Shown: in pieces, positions 1 to 10,392 of the stretch
How the letters are laid out: the number at the start of each line of letters is the position of its first letter
How positions within the stretch are numbered: position 1 is the stretch's first letter
From: an uncultured Gemmatimonadales bacterium
Lineage (GTDB): Bacteria > Gemmatimonadota > Gemmatimonadetes > Longimicrobiales > RSA9
Direction: 5' to 3'
DNA: 64,000 nucleotides
NCBI GenBank assembly: GCA_963798085.1
Contig: CAWCRS010000003.1
Location: 608,001 to 672,000, forward strand
Made by a program: the position numbers and the translations under genes
The notes under the pieces: model-generated
What the model saw: the letters and a program-made list of their open reading frames with translations, nothing else
The model's database searches: none
Told to the model about the DNA's origin: nothing

Positions 1-1609
1 GCAGCTGCGTGGTCCATTCGATGGTGTGGATCTTGGCGATCTCCGCCGCCACCACCAGCCGCGCCACCTCGAACAGCTCGTCGGCGACTGACATCGCGGT
101 AGCGGATCACGGAATCGGGACGCGCGGGGTCGCGCAGTCCGCAGTCCGCGTCCGGACTGGCCGACGTCCGCCTGCGGAACTCATCGACGAAGAGATTGTG
201 CTCGCGCGAGAAGACATTGTGCAGGAAGCTCAGGCCGATCGACCAGTTGTCCGGAAACGCCACCGATTCCTGCCCGGCCCACGCGGGATGGATCGGGATC
301 CGCGGCGGCGAACAACGGCAGGTAGCCCTGCTGGTCGCCGGCCGCATCGTGACCCGGCAGCTGCACCATCAGCAGCTTCGCGGGATCGTTGGGGTCGCGC
401 TTCACGCGCAGCGCGGAGCGATCGCTGTAGCCATAGATCTGCGAGGCGTCCCACCACGCGGTGTTGCTGTTGCGCGTGGTCTGGTACGCGCGCGCGAGGT
501 ACGTGCACGTTGTCCTTCTGGAACGTCGGGCGGCGCGTGTCGTGTCGGCCGATCAGCGCCGCGTCCATGCGGTCATCGGGACGGCAGCCGAGCTGGGCGA
601 TCTCCGCTTGCGTCAGCGGCGCGCTGCGCCCCGTTGTCCAGCTTTGCCGCGCAGCCGACCGCCATCCATGCGCCGGCGCATTCTGTCCCTCGTCGAGGTG
701 CGAGAACCAGTCGTGCGTCATGAACTGGATCCAGAACGCCGCAAGCACGTTGAAGAACGGCGCCTTCATGTAGTCGCAGTGGGCGTCGGCGGCCGCGTCC
801 TGCCCGTTCTGGCACTGCGCCGCAGCGCGACTGCTGGCGCGTGAACAGCTCGCGGCTGATGACTGCGGGTCCGGCTTCAGCAGACCGATGCCGGTCGCCG
901 TGGCGGTTGCGCACGAGCTCGGTCGCGGCCGAGCAGCGGGAAGGTCTCCTCGAACTGCACGTTGCGCGCGAACAGGTGTTCGGTGGAACCCATCAGCGGA
1001 TTGAGGATGTCATTGCAGATGCCGGTCAGGGTACGGTAGCGGATCAGCTCGCCGCCGCAGACCTGCTCGCTGGCCGCGCCGCCCACCTCCGATAGTGCGG
1101 ATTGTCCGGCGGCAGTCGCATCGCCGGCCAGACCTTCACGGAGCGCCCGGGCGACGCCGTCGCGGCCGTTCACATAGGCCTGAAATGTGTAGTTGTCGAA
1201 CAGGTTGAACTTGAGCAGCTCCATGCGCTGGTACTCGAGGTCGAGCAGGGCGCCATCGACGCCGCGGCCGTCGGGCGAGACCGCCCGAGACGGCGAGAGC
1301 CAGGTCATGAAGACGTGATGACGCATCGCCGGCGCCCCAGTAGTGGCTCCAGTCGACCCACGGCGTCTGCCGGTTGGCCAGCGCGCCCGAGCCGCCGCGG
1401 CAGCGCGCCGTGAACTCCTTCACCTTGCCCAGGAAACGGTCTTCGCGTTTCTCCGCTACCGTACGGAATCCCGCTCGTACCAGCGTGTAGCACGAGCCCA
1501 GCGAGTGCACCTCCTCACGCACGTTGCGCGATGCTGCGTAGAGCAGCACAGGCACCGCCAGCAGAATGAGGATGACTACACCGAGATTCCGCCAGGTGGT
1601 ACGCTTCAT
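1..1609 (-). pseudogene. Heme peroxidase/alpha-dioxygenase-like protein (peroxidase-cyclooxygenase superfamily), multiply frameshifted, 3' end outside window
   Basis: Pieces in different frames join to give RYRTLTGICNDILNPLMGS, FNVLAAFWIQFMTHDWFSH, TAWWDASQIYG, FSREHN and AKIHTIEWT. ATG at 1609 with AAGGAG SD and an N-terminal hydrophobic helix. The frameshifts may be assembly errors. Confidence 0.75.
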
Positions 1610-1733
1610 GGGTGGATTCTCCTTGCTGTGGAACGACGGCCGTGCCGTTGACAGTGCTGTCCTGGTCCGTCGAGGCCGCGGCGCCGAGGGCGGACGCTGA
1701 ACTTTGAAGGAGGCTGCTGCCAGTGGGGAGTGA

Positions 1734-1762
1734 ATCATTGAGCGGCTGACAGCCGCTGTCAA
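1734..1762 (-). promoter_or_regulatory. Putative sigma70 promoter of the peroxidase gene, overlapped by a palindrome
   Basis: Minus strand TTGACA (1762-1757), 17 bp, AATGAT (1739-1734). TGACAG-ccg-CTGTCA at 1747-1761. Confidence 0.5.
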
Positions 1763-1983
1763 CGTCCACCTGCGTCGCCTGTCAACGCACAGTTGGAGAT
1801 GTTGCGCTGTTTCCGCCCGGATTCACCCCGTCCTGATCGCGCAAAGCACCGGGCTGTCAGGTCAGCAGGCGAGGACGGTTCGCGAAATGTGCAGTCAGGC
1901 AGGGCGCTTGCGGACCTCGGCCGGTGAAGGCACTGCGCGCGGGCGCCGGCGGAAACGTCAATGAACGGACGGCGCCGTGGATG

Positions 1984-3057
1984 TCAGGATGGCGTGTGGC
2001 CGTTCGCCTCCTCCCATGCCCGGCGCACGGCTTCGCCGGTGAAGAAGTCCCAGTAGCGAGCGCTCACGTCGTCGTTCACGAACCACGCACGCTGAGCCGA
2101 GAGGTCCACACGCTTGCGTGTGTCGTCGAGATTGAGGTGATCGCGGGTCGCGGCGTCCACCGCCGTGACGATCGCGCCCACCAGTGCCTGGACGTGCTGC
2201 AGATGCTCCAGCGCCGCGCCGCCTTCGCGCACCGCGCCGTGACCGGGAATGATGGCCTTGAAGCCGAGCTGCTGGAACGCTCGCAGTGTTTCCAGCTCGG
2301 CGTGCGGCGAGCCATCGCCCAGGTAGGGCAGATCATCGAGCAGGTCACCCGTGATCAGGATCTTCTCGGCGGGCAGCCACACCACGAGGTCGCCGCGCGT
2401 GTGCCCTGCGAAGTGAAGCAGTCGGACTTCCCGCCCGTCCCGCAGCGTCAGCGTGTCGCCCACCGTCCGTGTCGGCAGGACGAAGCCATGCACGGCCTGA
2501 ATGCGGGCGAGGTAGGCCCTGCGCCGGTCGACGCGGCCGCGCAGCTGTTCCTTCTGCGCTTCGCTGAGCCGCTTCCCATCCGCCTGACCGCTGGCCAGCG
2601 CCGCATTGGCCAGTGCCAGCCACTCGGGAATGTCCTTCAGCTCCTTCTCGTGATCGGGGATCGCGCGCGTTTCCATGTCTTCGCGCACGCTCTCCTGCGC
2701 GATGAACTCGGCATCGGGGAACGCGTCGCGATAGACTTCGTTGCCCTGCACGTGGTCGCCGTGAAAGTGCGTGTTGACCACCCAGCGCACGGGCTTGTCC
2801 GTGATCTCGCGCACCCTCGCCAGCACCTCGCGCGCACCCGCTGGCGAGTTCTGCGTGTCCACGATCAGCACACCGTCGGACAGCACGATAACAGCCGAGT
2901 TCGCGTCGTCAATGCGCAGCGCCGCGGGCTGCAGCACCGCGTACACGCCGTCCGCCACCTTGCGCACGGACATCGCCGTCTGGGCTGCGGCGGGAGCACA
3001 CCACAGGACGGAGAGGCTGAGAGCAGCGGCGACAGAGCGGGGGTAGCGGCTCGCCAT
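1984..3057 (-). CDS. Secreted MBL-fold metallo-hydrolase (cyclase-like)
   Basis: THFHGDHVQG, GHTRGD, TGDL and PGHG motifs; signal peptide ending AAA-Q. Confidence 0.85.
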   Translation of the reverse strand: MASRYPRSVAAALSLSVLWCAPAAAQTAMSVRKVADGVYAVLQPAALRIDDANSAVIVLSDGVLIVDTQNSPAGAREVLARVREITDKPVRWVVNTHFHGDHVQGNEVYRDAFPDAEFIAQESVREDMETRAIPDHEKELKDIPEWLALANAALASGQADGKRLSEAQKEQLRGRVDRRRAYLARIQAVHGFVLPTRTVGDTLTLRDGREVRLLHFAGHTRGDLVVWLPAEKILITGDLLDDLPYLGDGSPHAELETLRAFQQLGFKAIIPGHGAVREGGAALEHLQHVQALVGAIVTAVDAATRDHLNLDDTRKRVDLSAQRAWFVNDDVSARYWDFFTGEAVRRAWEEANGHTPS

Positions 3058-3186
3058 GGCGGGCTCCCGTTGCAGGCGGTGAACAGCGTGTGCGGAGCAG
3101 GCGACGACGCCGCGTCACCGCTTCGTCGATCCTGCCACGCAACGCTTGTGACGGGAACCGTCACCGGCAAGCCACCGCGGGACGGA

Positions 3187-5817
3187 CTACTCCGCCTTGA
3201 GGACGTGTACCGGGTCTGTGCGGGCGGCGCGGTGCGCGGGCAGCCGCGAGGCCAGCGCCGCCACGACGAGCATGATCGTGATGACGAGGGCGAGAGACAC
3301 GGGGTCGCCGGGCTGCACACCGAAGAGCAGGCTGCGCATCAGCCGGGAGAGCGCCAGCCCCGAAGGCACACCAATGACGACGCCGGCCGCGGCCGCCAGC
3401 AGGCCCTGCCGCAGGAACAGCCCTTCCACGCCACGACGCTGCGCGCCCAGCGCCATGCGGATGCCCACTTCGCGGCGCCGCTGGATCACCGCGTACGACA
3501 GCACGCCGTAGATGCCGATGGCGGCGAGCACGAGCGCGGCCGCGGAGAGTGTGAGCATGATGCCGGTGAGAAAGCGTGGTTGCGCGATGCTCTGCGACAG
3601 CCCGGCGAGCACCGGCTCGAGTCGAGAGATCGGAAGTGCGGGATCGAGCCGGCGTACGACATCACGAATGACGCCCGGGGTCGCATTGCCTTTCAGCCGG
3701 ACGCCTGCAGACGCATAGGATGGCGCCGACGCAGGATTGCGCGGTCGGATCACGGCATAGGGGGCGCGCCGATCGTCCAGGCCATCCAGCGTCATGTGCC
3801 GGAAGACACCCACCACCGTATACCACGGCGCTCGCTCCGAATCGCGGAACCGCTTGCCGATGGCATTGCCCTGCCAGAGCAACCTCGCCAGCCGGTCATC
3901 GATCAGGGCGTCGGGCGTACCGTAGTCCGCGGCGGTGAGGTCGCGTCCCGCCAGCAGATGGCCGCCGATCGTGGGCAGGTAGTCCGGAGCCGCGGATATT
4001 ACCGGCAGCAGCATTTCCGGATCGCCGGGCAGCGCCGGCATGCCTTCGGCCTGCAGTGCGATGTCGAAGCGGAAGCCGACGTGCGGCGGAATCCCATTGG
4101 CCACGGTTGCAGACGCCACGCCGCGCGCGCTCTCCAGCTCGGTCTCCAGCCGCTGCATGAACGCCCCGCGTGCTGCCGGCGATGCGTAGCGTGATTCCGG
4201 GAGGCTGAGAGACAGCACGTACAGGCGAGCGGGTTCGAAGCCCGTGTCGTTGCCCATCAGGCGTACCAGGCTGCGCCCCAGCAACCCGGCGGTTGCCAGC
4301 AGCGCCACCGCCAGTGCGACTTCGGCAATGGACAGCAGCTGGTGCAGGCGGGCATCGCGGCGAGTCACGTTCCTCGCCGTGCGCAGGTCGAGTCCCGGAC
4401 GGGGACGCAGCACCCGCCAGCCGGGAAGCATGCCCAGTACTGTGCCGGCCGCAATCGCGATCAGGAATGCGAACAGCAGTACGCGCTGCTCGATGCGGAA
4501 CGAATAGACGGAGGAAAACGCGAATTCGTCGGGCAGCAGCCGGTTCAGTCCTCTAACCGCGAGTTGCGCCAGCAGCATGGCGCACAGGCCGCTCGCCAGC
4601 CCCAGCAGCCAGCCCTCCACCAGCAGCTGGCGCAGCAGGCGCAGGGTGCCGGCGCCGAGCGCGCGGCGCACGGCCAGCTCCGCCGCGCGATCCGCCGCGC
4701 GGAAGAGCACCAGATTCACGCCGTTCGTGAGCGCAATCAGCAGCATGAGCAGCACGCCGGCGCCCAGCAGCCACACGCCGCGCTTCAGGTCCGGATTGGC
4801 GCGCCACTTGCCCACCGGCTCCAGCGCCACGCGCCAGCCGTGCTCGCCTTGCGATTCCCGTCCCAGCGCGCTGGCCAGCGCATCCATGCGCTGCTGCACC
4901 TCCCCCAGCGTGTGGCCGTCAGCCAGCCTCGCCACCACGCCGAATCGCTCGCGTCCGGTCAATGCCAGATCACTGCCCAGCGCGAGCCACAGCGCAGGCG
5001 GTGTTCCCGCTACCGGGAACTTGAAGTCGCGCGGCAGTACGCCGACGATCTCCCAGGGCTCGCCATCCAGCCGCACCGTGGTCCCGATGACATTTGTGTT
5101 AGCACCCAGCCGCTGCCAGTACGGGTAGCTCAGCAGGGCGCGGCGCACGCCCGGCCGGGCATCCGCTTCGTCGAACGTGCGGCCCAGGCGGGCGTGCATG
5201 CCCAGCAGCTCGTCCAGCCCGTGCGACACCGCTATCGCCTGCAGTTCCTCAGGCTCCGTGCCATCCGTGCGCGCCACCGACGCCTGCTGGTAGAACGCGA
5301 ACGGGCTCAGCTGATCCACCGCGTGATCCAGCCGGTCGATCTGATCACGGAACAGAAAGGGAACGTACCCGCCACCCTCCAGCGCCGCGTTCAACGTCAC
5401 CAGCTGATCCGCAGCACGGAACGGCAGCGGCCGCAGCAGCAGCGCATCCAGGATGGTGAACACCGCAGCCGCGGCACCCATGCCCAGACCCAGCGTCGCG
5501 ATCACGGTGACGGCGAATGCCGGCGAGCGGCGCAGCCCGCGCAGACCGTACCGCACATCGGCGCGCAGCGAGACGAGCCATTCGCGCAGCCGCGTACGGC
5601 GCTCGCGTGAACGCGTCACACTCAGCATTTCCGAGCGGAAGCGTGTCAGATCGCCGAAACGACGCCCCGCTTCCGCGCGCGCCGCCGCCTCCGTCCAGCC
5701 GTTTGCCACGAGGCGGTCCGTCAGCTCGTCAATGTGATGCCGGATCTCCAGGTCCACCGCACGCGTCGCATCATCGTGCAGCGGCGCCGGCGATTGCGCG
5801 CCTCGCCCGGGCTTCAC
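3187..5817 (-). CDS. ADOP-type duplicated ABC permease (MacB/FtsX x2)
   Basis: Permease prefix (AEAGRRFG), DVRYGLRGLRRSPAF, ELAVRRALGA, EVGIRMALGA, DPVHVLKAE; GTGA overlap with padR. Confidence 0.9.
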   Translation of the reverse strand: MKPGRGAQSPAPLHDDATRAVDLEIRHHIDELTDRLVANGWTEAAARAEAGRRFGDLTRFRSEMLSVTRSRERRTRLREWLVSLRADVRYGLRGLRRSPAFAVTVIATLGLGMGAAAAVFTILDALLLRPLPFRAADQLVTLNAALEGGGYVPFLFRDQIDRLDHAVDQLSPFAFYQQASVARTDGTEPEELQAIAVSHGLDELLGMHARLGRTFDEADARPGVRRALLSYPYWQRLGANTNVIGTTVRLDGEPWEIVGVLPRDFKFPVAGTPPALWLALGSDLALTGRERFGVVARLADGHTLGEVQQRMDALASALGRESQGEHGWRVALEPVGKWRANPDLKRGVWLLGAGVLLMLLIALTNGVNLVLFRAADRAAELAVRRALGAGTLRLLRQLLVEGWLLGLASGLCAMLLAQLAVRGLNRLLPDEFAFSSVYSFRIEQRVLLFAFLIAIAAGTVLGMLPGWRVLRPRPGLDLRTARNVTRRDARLHQLLSIAEVALAVALLATAGLLGRSLVRLMGNDTGFEPARLYVLSLSLPESRYASPAARGAFMQRLETELESARGVASATVANGIPPHVGFRFDIALQAEGMPALPGDPEMLLPVISAAPDYLPTIGGHLLAGRDLTAADYGTPDALIDDRLARLLWQGNAIGKRFRDSERAPWYTVVGVFRHMTLDGLDDRRAPYAVIRPRNPASAPSYASAGVRLKGNATPGVIRDVVRRLDPALPISRLEPVLAGLSQSIAQPRFLTGIMLTLSAAALVLAAIGIYGVLSYAVIQRRREVGIRMALGAQRRGVEGLFLRQGLLAAAAGVVIGVPSGLALSRLMRSLLFGVQPGDPVSLALVITIMLVVAALASRLPAHRAARTDPVHVLKAE

Positions 5818-6185
5818 GACGCCTGCCCCTGCGCCGCCACCTTCGCGACGGCCGCGACGTAGCGCTGCCAGTCGTCCTGCGCTTTCGTCAGTGCCCGCCG
5901 CCCGGCCGCTGACAGCCGGTAGTACTTCGCGCGCCGCCCCCGCTCCGACACGGCCCAGTCGCCTGACACCCAGCCTCGCCGTTCCAGCCGGTGCAGCGCG
6001 GGATAGAGCGCACCCTCCTCCACCACCAGCTCATCCTGCGTCGCCTCGCGGATCGCATCCAGGATCTCGAAGCCGTGCAGCTCGCCCCGGCCGCCCAGTG
6101 TCTGCAGCAGCAGCAGTTCCAGTGTCCCGGCCAGCAGATTCATGCGACGCACCATGGGGCTGCGCTCCGTGTTCCGTGCGCTCAT
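5814..6185 (-). CDS. PadR family transcriptional regulator (acidobacterial type); alternative start 6143
   Basis: LLAGTLELLLL, HGFEI, EEGALYPALHRLE, RRAKYYRLS. Confidence 0.9.
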   Translation of the reverse strand: MSARNTERSPMVRRMNLLAGTLELLLLQTLGGRGELHGFEILDAIREATQDELVVEEGALYPALHRLERRGWVSGDWAVSERGRRAKYYRLSAAGRRALTKAQDDWQRYVAAVAKVAAQGQAS

Positions 6186-6240
6186 TGACCTAAACGACTC
6201 AGGGCAACGCCAGACTAATGACCTTACTCGTTTAGGTCAA
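6185..6240 (-). promoter_or_regulatory. padR promoter with inverted-repeat operator
   Basis: Minus strand TTGACC-17-TAGTCT (6240-6212); perfect 13-bp inverted repeat TTGACCTAAACGA (6185-6197) / TCGTTTAGGTCAA (6228-6240). Confidence 0.7.
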
Positions 6241-6521
6241 GAGCCGCGACGCGAAGGACCGCACGCACGGTACCCATGAGACTGGCCCCGTGTCAGGGGC
6301 CTGGGCTCTGCGGAGCGCCGTCCGGCTGCAATGGCTGACGCGGAGACAATGCGGGAACAACCGGAAGCAGCGGAACCAATGGCGGCGCCGCCTCGGCCGC
6401 CGTGTCGATAACCTGGCGTTATGGGTTATTCGGCGCGGTGCGGTGAACCCCGGGGCGAGTTGCGGCGCCAGCCGCTGGACACGGCTGTGCGTGTGCGGGA
6501 AGCGCACTGGCGGTGCTGCTG

Positions 6522-8009
6522 TCAGTGCACCTGTCCGTTGTCGGCGATGCGCAGCACCAGGGCCTTGCCGCTGTGGGCGGCGGGATCCACGGCGGCGACT
6601 TTCGCCGTGCGCCGGCCGGTGCGCGTGCTGAATGCGACCTCCACGTCCACGCGGCCGGCGGCGGGCAGGCCGAAGTGGACGGGCAGCACGCTCTGGCTGT
6701 CATAGCCGGAACCGGCATCGACGAGGCGGGTGCCCAGCAGGCGGCGGCTTCCGGCGGCGTAAAGGCGTACTTCCGCGCCGGCACGCGTGGCGTGCCCCTG
6801 CGCGTCCAGCACCATGATCTGCAGTGAGCGCGCGGCCACCTCCGGCGCCAGCGTGTTGCGCAGCAGCAGGTGCATGCCGTTGGCGGTGGAGCCCGTGAGG
6901 GCCAGGTCGATGGCGCCGTCCCCGTCGAAGTCGGCCCACTGCACGCCGTGGTCCGCCTCGAGGCGCGCGAGCTCCTGCGGCGTGGCTTCGGCGAAGCGTG
7001 TGCCCTCGTTGTGCCAGAGCCAGTCGCGATAGCTCGTGCCGCCCGTGACGGTGCCATTGACGTAGAGGTCGAGGCGGCCATCGTTGTCGGCATCGGCGAA
7101 GGCGCAGGTGTCGTAGCGCGAGTCGCTGTCGATGCCCCAGGCCTTCGAGACGTCGGCAAAGCGCCCTTTCCCGCGGCTCATGAACAGCCCATTAGCGCCG
7201 TAGTTGGCGAAGAAGAGGTCGAGGTGACCGTCACCATCGACGTCGGCCACGCAGGGGCGGACCGTACCGTTGGTGGAGTCGCGCGGCGTGCGCCCGCCCC
7301 AGGCTACACCTCTCGCCACGGCCACATCGCGGAAATGGCCGCGCTCGTTCTGGAACAGCCCGTTGGCATCGCCGTCCATGTTGGCCACGATGACGTCCAG
7401 GTCACCGTCCTCGTCCAGGTCGAACCAGACGGCGCCCACGCTGCGGCGGGGATCGGCCAGACCCACGTCCGCCGCGATCTCCGTGAAATGGCCGCCGTCG
7501 TTGCGGAATAGCGTGTTAGGCCGGTCCCGGAAGGCGACGAACAGATCGAGGTCGCCATCGCCGTCGAAGTCGACCCAGACGGGCTGGCGCACGGCGCCAC
7601 CGCTCACCACCAGGCCGGCTTCCCGAGTGGCGTCCACGAAATGGCCGCCGTCATTGCGATAGAGGCGCAGCACCGGCCCCCCCGCAGGGGTGAAGCCGAG
7701 CAGCAGATCAGGGTCGCCGTCGCCGTCGAAATCGCCCCATGCCGCCGCGCGTGTGGCGCGCGCATCGGCCAGGCCCGCCGCGGCGGCGACATCGGCAAAG
7801 CGGCCGCCATCGTTCCGATACAGCCTGTTAGCAGCGCCATTGAAGCCGACGAACAGGTCGGCAGCGCCATCGCCATCGAAATCCGCCCAGGCGTTCACCA
7901 GCGTGCCGCCGGCGGCGAACAGTTCGGGCTGCACCGCTTCGAAGTGGAGCGGCGACTGCCGGGCGCCCGCGACCACCGTGAGCAGCAGGGCGAACAGGAT
8001 GGCGCGCAT
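6522..8009 (-). CDS. CRTAC1-family protein (FG-GAP/VCBS repeats + ASPIC/UnbV domain)
   Basis: Repeated DFDGDGDxDL and LYRNDGG; C-terminal GSGYDSQS..VHFGL; ATG at 8009 with GGAG SD; signal peptide. Confidence 0.9.
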   Translation of the reverse strand: MRAILFALLLTVVAGARQSPLHFEAVQPELFAAGGTLVNAWADFDGDGAADLFVGFNGAANRLYRNDGGRFADVAAAAGLADARATRAAAWGDFDGDGDPDLLLGFTPAGGPVLRLYRNDGGHFVDATREAGLVVSGGAVRQPVWVDFDGDGDLDLFVAFRDRPNTLFRNDGGHFTEIAADVGLADPRRSVGAVWFDLDEDGDLDVIVANMDGDANGLFQNERGHFRDVAVARGVAWGGRTPRDSTNGTVRPCVADVDGDGHLDLFFANYGANGLFMSRGKGRFADVSKAWGIDSDSRYDTCAFADADNDGRLDLYVNGTVTGGTSYRDWLWHNEGTRFAEATPQELARLEADHGVQWADFDGDGAIDLALTGSTANGMHLLLRNTLAPEVAARSLQIMVLDAQGHATRAGAEVRLYAAGSRRLLGTRLVDAGSGYDSQSVLPVHFGLPAAGRVDVEVAFSTRTGRRTAKVAAVDPAAHSGKALVLRIADNGQVH

Positions 8010-8472
8010 GGTGATCTCCGGGTCGCGGAAACGCCGCCGTGGATTTTCGTCCGGCACACTGCGCGCGGGCGTCGCCTTGGCGTGCCGGCGCGACAGTCGG
8101 GCGGACTGCCGGAATGCGGAAGGGTAGACGGCGAAGCGACCTGACTCAAGCCCCGCGAGACGGATGCCGGCGAGAGCGTGGACGCCGGACACGCGCCGGC
8201 CGCGCGAATGGAGGCGTCGCCTGAAATGCGAACGGGAAAGGGCCCGGCAGGCTGCGACTCCCTCCCACGCACCGGTACGGCCGCACCATTCGGCACTTCG
8301 TCATGCCGGACAGCTTTCATCGGGCGCCGGCTCCGTCGTCAGAGCCTGCGTTTGAATCGGCGGCGGTACCGGTGTCGTGGAAAACGGGAGCATCGACCGG
8401 TCGTCCAGGCGCCGCGACAGGCGCGCCCAGCCAGGTAAGCGCAGCCTGCGGCCGGGACGGGCCATGTGCCGT

Positions 8473-8614
8473 CGGACCGTCCTGGCGTTCTTTCCTTGCG
8501 GCCGCGGCACGTATCAGCGCGAGCCGGTTTCCCATGAAAAATGGTCAATCGACGCCCGGATGAGCCGGCGGCATGCCCGGATCGGCCGAAACGCAAGAAC
8601 GCAAAGACGGTCCG
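8473..8614. repeat. Inverted-repeat-bounded intergenic element, copy 1 (142 bp)
   Basis: Left arm CGGACCGTCCTGGCGTTCTT, right arm AAGAACGCAAAGACGGTCCG; arms recur at four other loci. Confidence 0.85.
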
Positions 8615-8619
8615 GCGAA

Positions 8620-9732
8620 TCAGCCAGCCGCGATCTCGAGCGCGTGCGTGAGGTCGAGGATCAGGTCGTCGATGTGCTCGCAGCCCGCACTCATGCGAAT
8701 GAAGCCATCGGGCACGACATCGCCGCCCCAGCGCGCGCGCCGCTCGGCGGTGGTGTGCACGCTGCCGAAGCTGGTTGCCTCGGTAACCAGCGTACACGCC
8801 GAGAGAAAGCGTTCCGCTGCCAGTCGGTTGGGCAGCTCGAAGCTGACAATGGGTCCGAACCACTGCATCTGGCGGGCAGCAATGGCGTGCGAGGGATCGC
8901 CTTCGAGCCCGGGGTAGCGGACGCCGCGCACGGGCGCGCGGTCGCACAGGAACCGCGCGAGCGCCAGCGCATTCTCGCCCATGCGCTCGAGGCGCAGCTG
9001 TGCCGTGGCCAGTGCGCGATGCGCGAGCCACACTTCCATGGGCCCGGGGATGCAGCCCGTGCGCGTGCGCCATGTGTGCAGTTGTCCGGCCCAGCTGTCG
9101 TCGCGCACGGCCACGTGGCCCAGCAGCAGATCGCCGTGTCCACTCAGCGCCTTGGTGTCTGCCGCGAGCGAGAAGTCCGCGCCCAGCGCCAGTGGCTGCT
9201 GTCCCAGCGCTGTAGCAGTCGTGTTATCAACGGCGACCAGCACGTCGCGCGCATGCGCAGCGGCCGACAATGCCGCAATGTCGCACACGTCCAGGCCCGG
9301 ATTGCTGGGCGTCTCCAGACACAGCAGGCGGGCGCCTGCCAGCAGATCCGGCGACGACTGCATCTGCGTGGTCGGACAGGTGCGCAGCTGCACCCCCATG
9401 GCCGCGAACCACTCCTGCATCAGCACGCGACCCGTGTAGTAGCCGTCGGCGGGCATGACCGCGATGTCGCCGGGCCGCAGCACGGTGGCCAGCACCGCGG
9501 TCAGGGCGGCCATGCCGGAAGCGAACGCGATGGCGGGCCCGCCCTCGAGCCCGGACAACGCCTGCTCCCAGTGCGCCCATGTGGGATTGCCGAAACGTCC
9601 ATAGCTGTACGGCGACGTAGCGGGTTCACCGGCGAGGTGGTAGATGCCGGCGAAGACCGGACCGGGCAGCAGCGGATCGCCCTGCTCGGGCATGGGCAGA
9701 CCTGCTCGAATGACACGCGTCGCGGGGTGCAT
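8620..9732 (-). CDS. Cystathionine gamma-lyase/synthase family PLP enzyme
   Basis: YGRFGNPT, FASGMAA, ETPSNP, DNT, DTKALSGHGD (PLP lysine), ATSFGSVHT; GAGGAG SD. Confidence 0.9.
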   Translation of the reverse strand: MHPATRVIRAGLPMPEQGDPLLPGPVFAGIYHLAGEPATSPYSYGRFGNPTWAHWEQALSGLEGGPAIAFASGMAALTAVLATVLRPGDIAVMPADGYYTGRVLMQEWFAAMGVQLRTCPTTQMQSSPDLLAGARLLCLETPSNPGLDVCDIAALSAAAHARDVLVAVDNTTATALGQQPLALGADFSLAADTKALSGHGDLLLGHVAVRDDSWAGQLHTWRTRTGCIPGPMEVWLAHRALATAQLRLERMGENALALARFLCDRAPVRGVRYPGLEGDPSHAIAARQMQWFGPIVSFELPNRLAAERFLSACTLVTEATSFGSVHTTAERRARWGGDVVPDGFIRMSAGCEHIDDLILDLTHALEIAAG

Positions 9733-9903
9733 CGCTCCTCCAGAATCCGTGCGGCGCCGGCATGGCGGCGCGCCAGTCGGCCCGGATAAGATGAGACGGA
9801 TGGCAAGAGCCGGTGGCTGCACGTCGGAAACCTGCCTCTGGCCCTGTCCGTAGAACCCGGCAGAATGTCAGCCGATTCCCCTCTTTGAAACAGGAGGCCC
9901 CCA

Positions 9904-10392
9904 ATGGCCCACGTCACACGCGGGATCGCGCCGCTGCGCCGTCCCGCCAGAATGCTGGCAGCACTGGCGTTGCTGCTCGTTGCGGGAACCGCGCGCGTTC
10001 AGGCGCAGGAGGTCACCGATACCACGAAGCTGCCGGCCGCCATGCGCAGCGCGCGCGCCGGGCTGAACAAGGCACTCGAAGCGAAGGACGGCGTCGCCGC
10101 CGGCGCCTTCTTCGCAGACAGCGTGGTCGTCGATTTCCAGGGCGACCTGTACACGGGCCGCAGGACCGCGGTGGACACATGGCTGGTCCCCACGCTCAGC
10201 AGTGTCAGCTCGCTCCGCTTCAGCGCCGGCACATTCATGATGGAGAACGGCGACATCATCGAGCGCGCCGTGCACCACGTCGTGCCCGCCGACGGCTCCG
10301 GCGATACCCAGGAAGGCACGCACATCGTGCGCTGGAAGCACATGCCCGATGGCAGCTGGAAAGTCATCCGTCTCACCGTGAGCGAGGGCTAG
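9904..10392 (+). CDS. Secreted NTF2-like/DUF4440 protein
   Basis: AGGAGG SD; signal peptide (AQA-like site); C-terminal VRWKHMPDGSWKV typical of the fold. Confidence 0.7.
   Translation: MAHVTRGIAPLRRPARMLAALALLLVAGTARVQAQEVTDTTKLPAAMRSARAGLNKALEAKDGVAAGAFFADSVVVDFQGDLYTGRRTAVDTWLVPTLSSVSSLRFSAGTFMMENGDIIERAVHHVVPADGSGDTQEGTHIVRWKHMPDGSWKVIRLTVSEG

Noticed and set aside
1924..4194. Long antisense ORFs (also 8377-9789, 25979-27934, 28278-30011, 38328-40052, 59359-61182)
   Set aside because: Shadow ORFs opposite well-supported genes, as expected at high GC; no family motifs.
6405..6430. Possible decayed single arm (CCTGGCGTTATGGGTT) of the repeat family
   Set aside because: It lacks the CGGACCGT head and a partner arm; too weak to count.
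9733..9800. SAM-I riboswitch upstream of the cystathionine lyase
   Set aside because: Only CTTATC and GACTGGC fragments on the minus strand; no GCAACC, GTGC or closing P1 strand.
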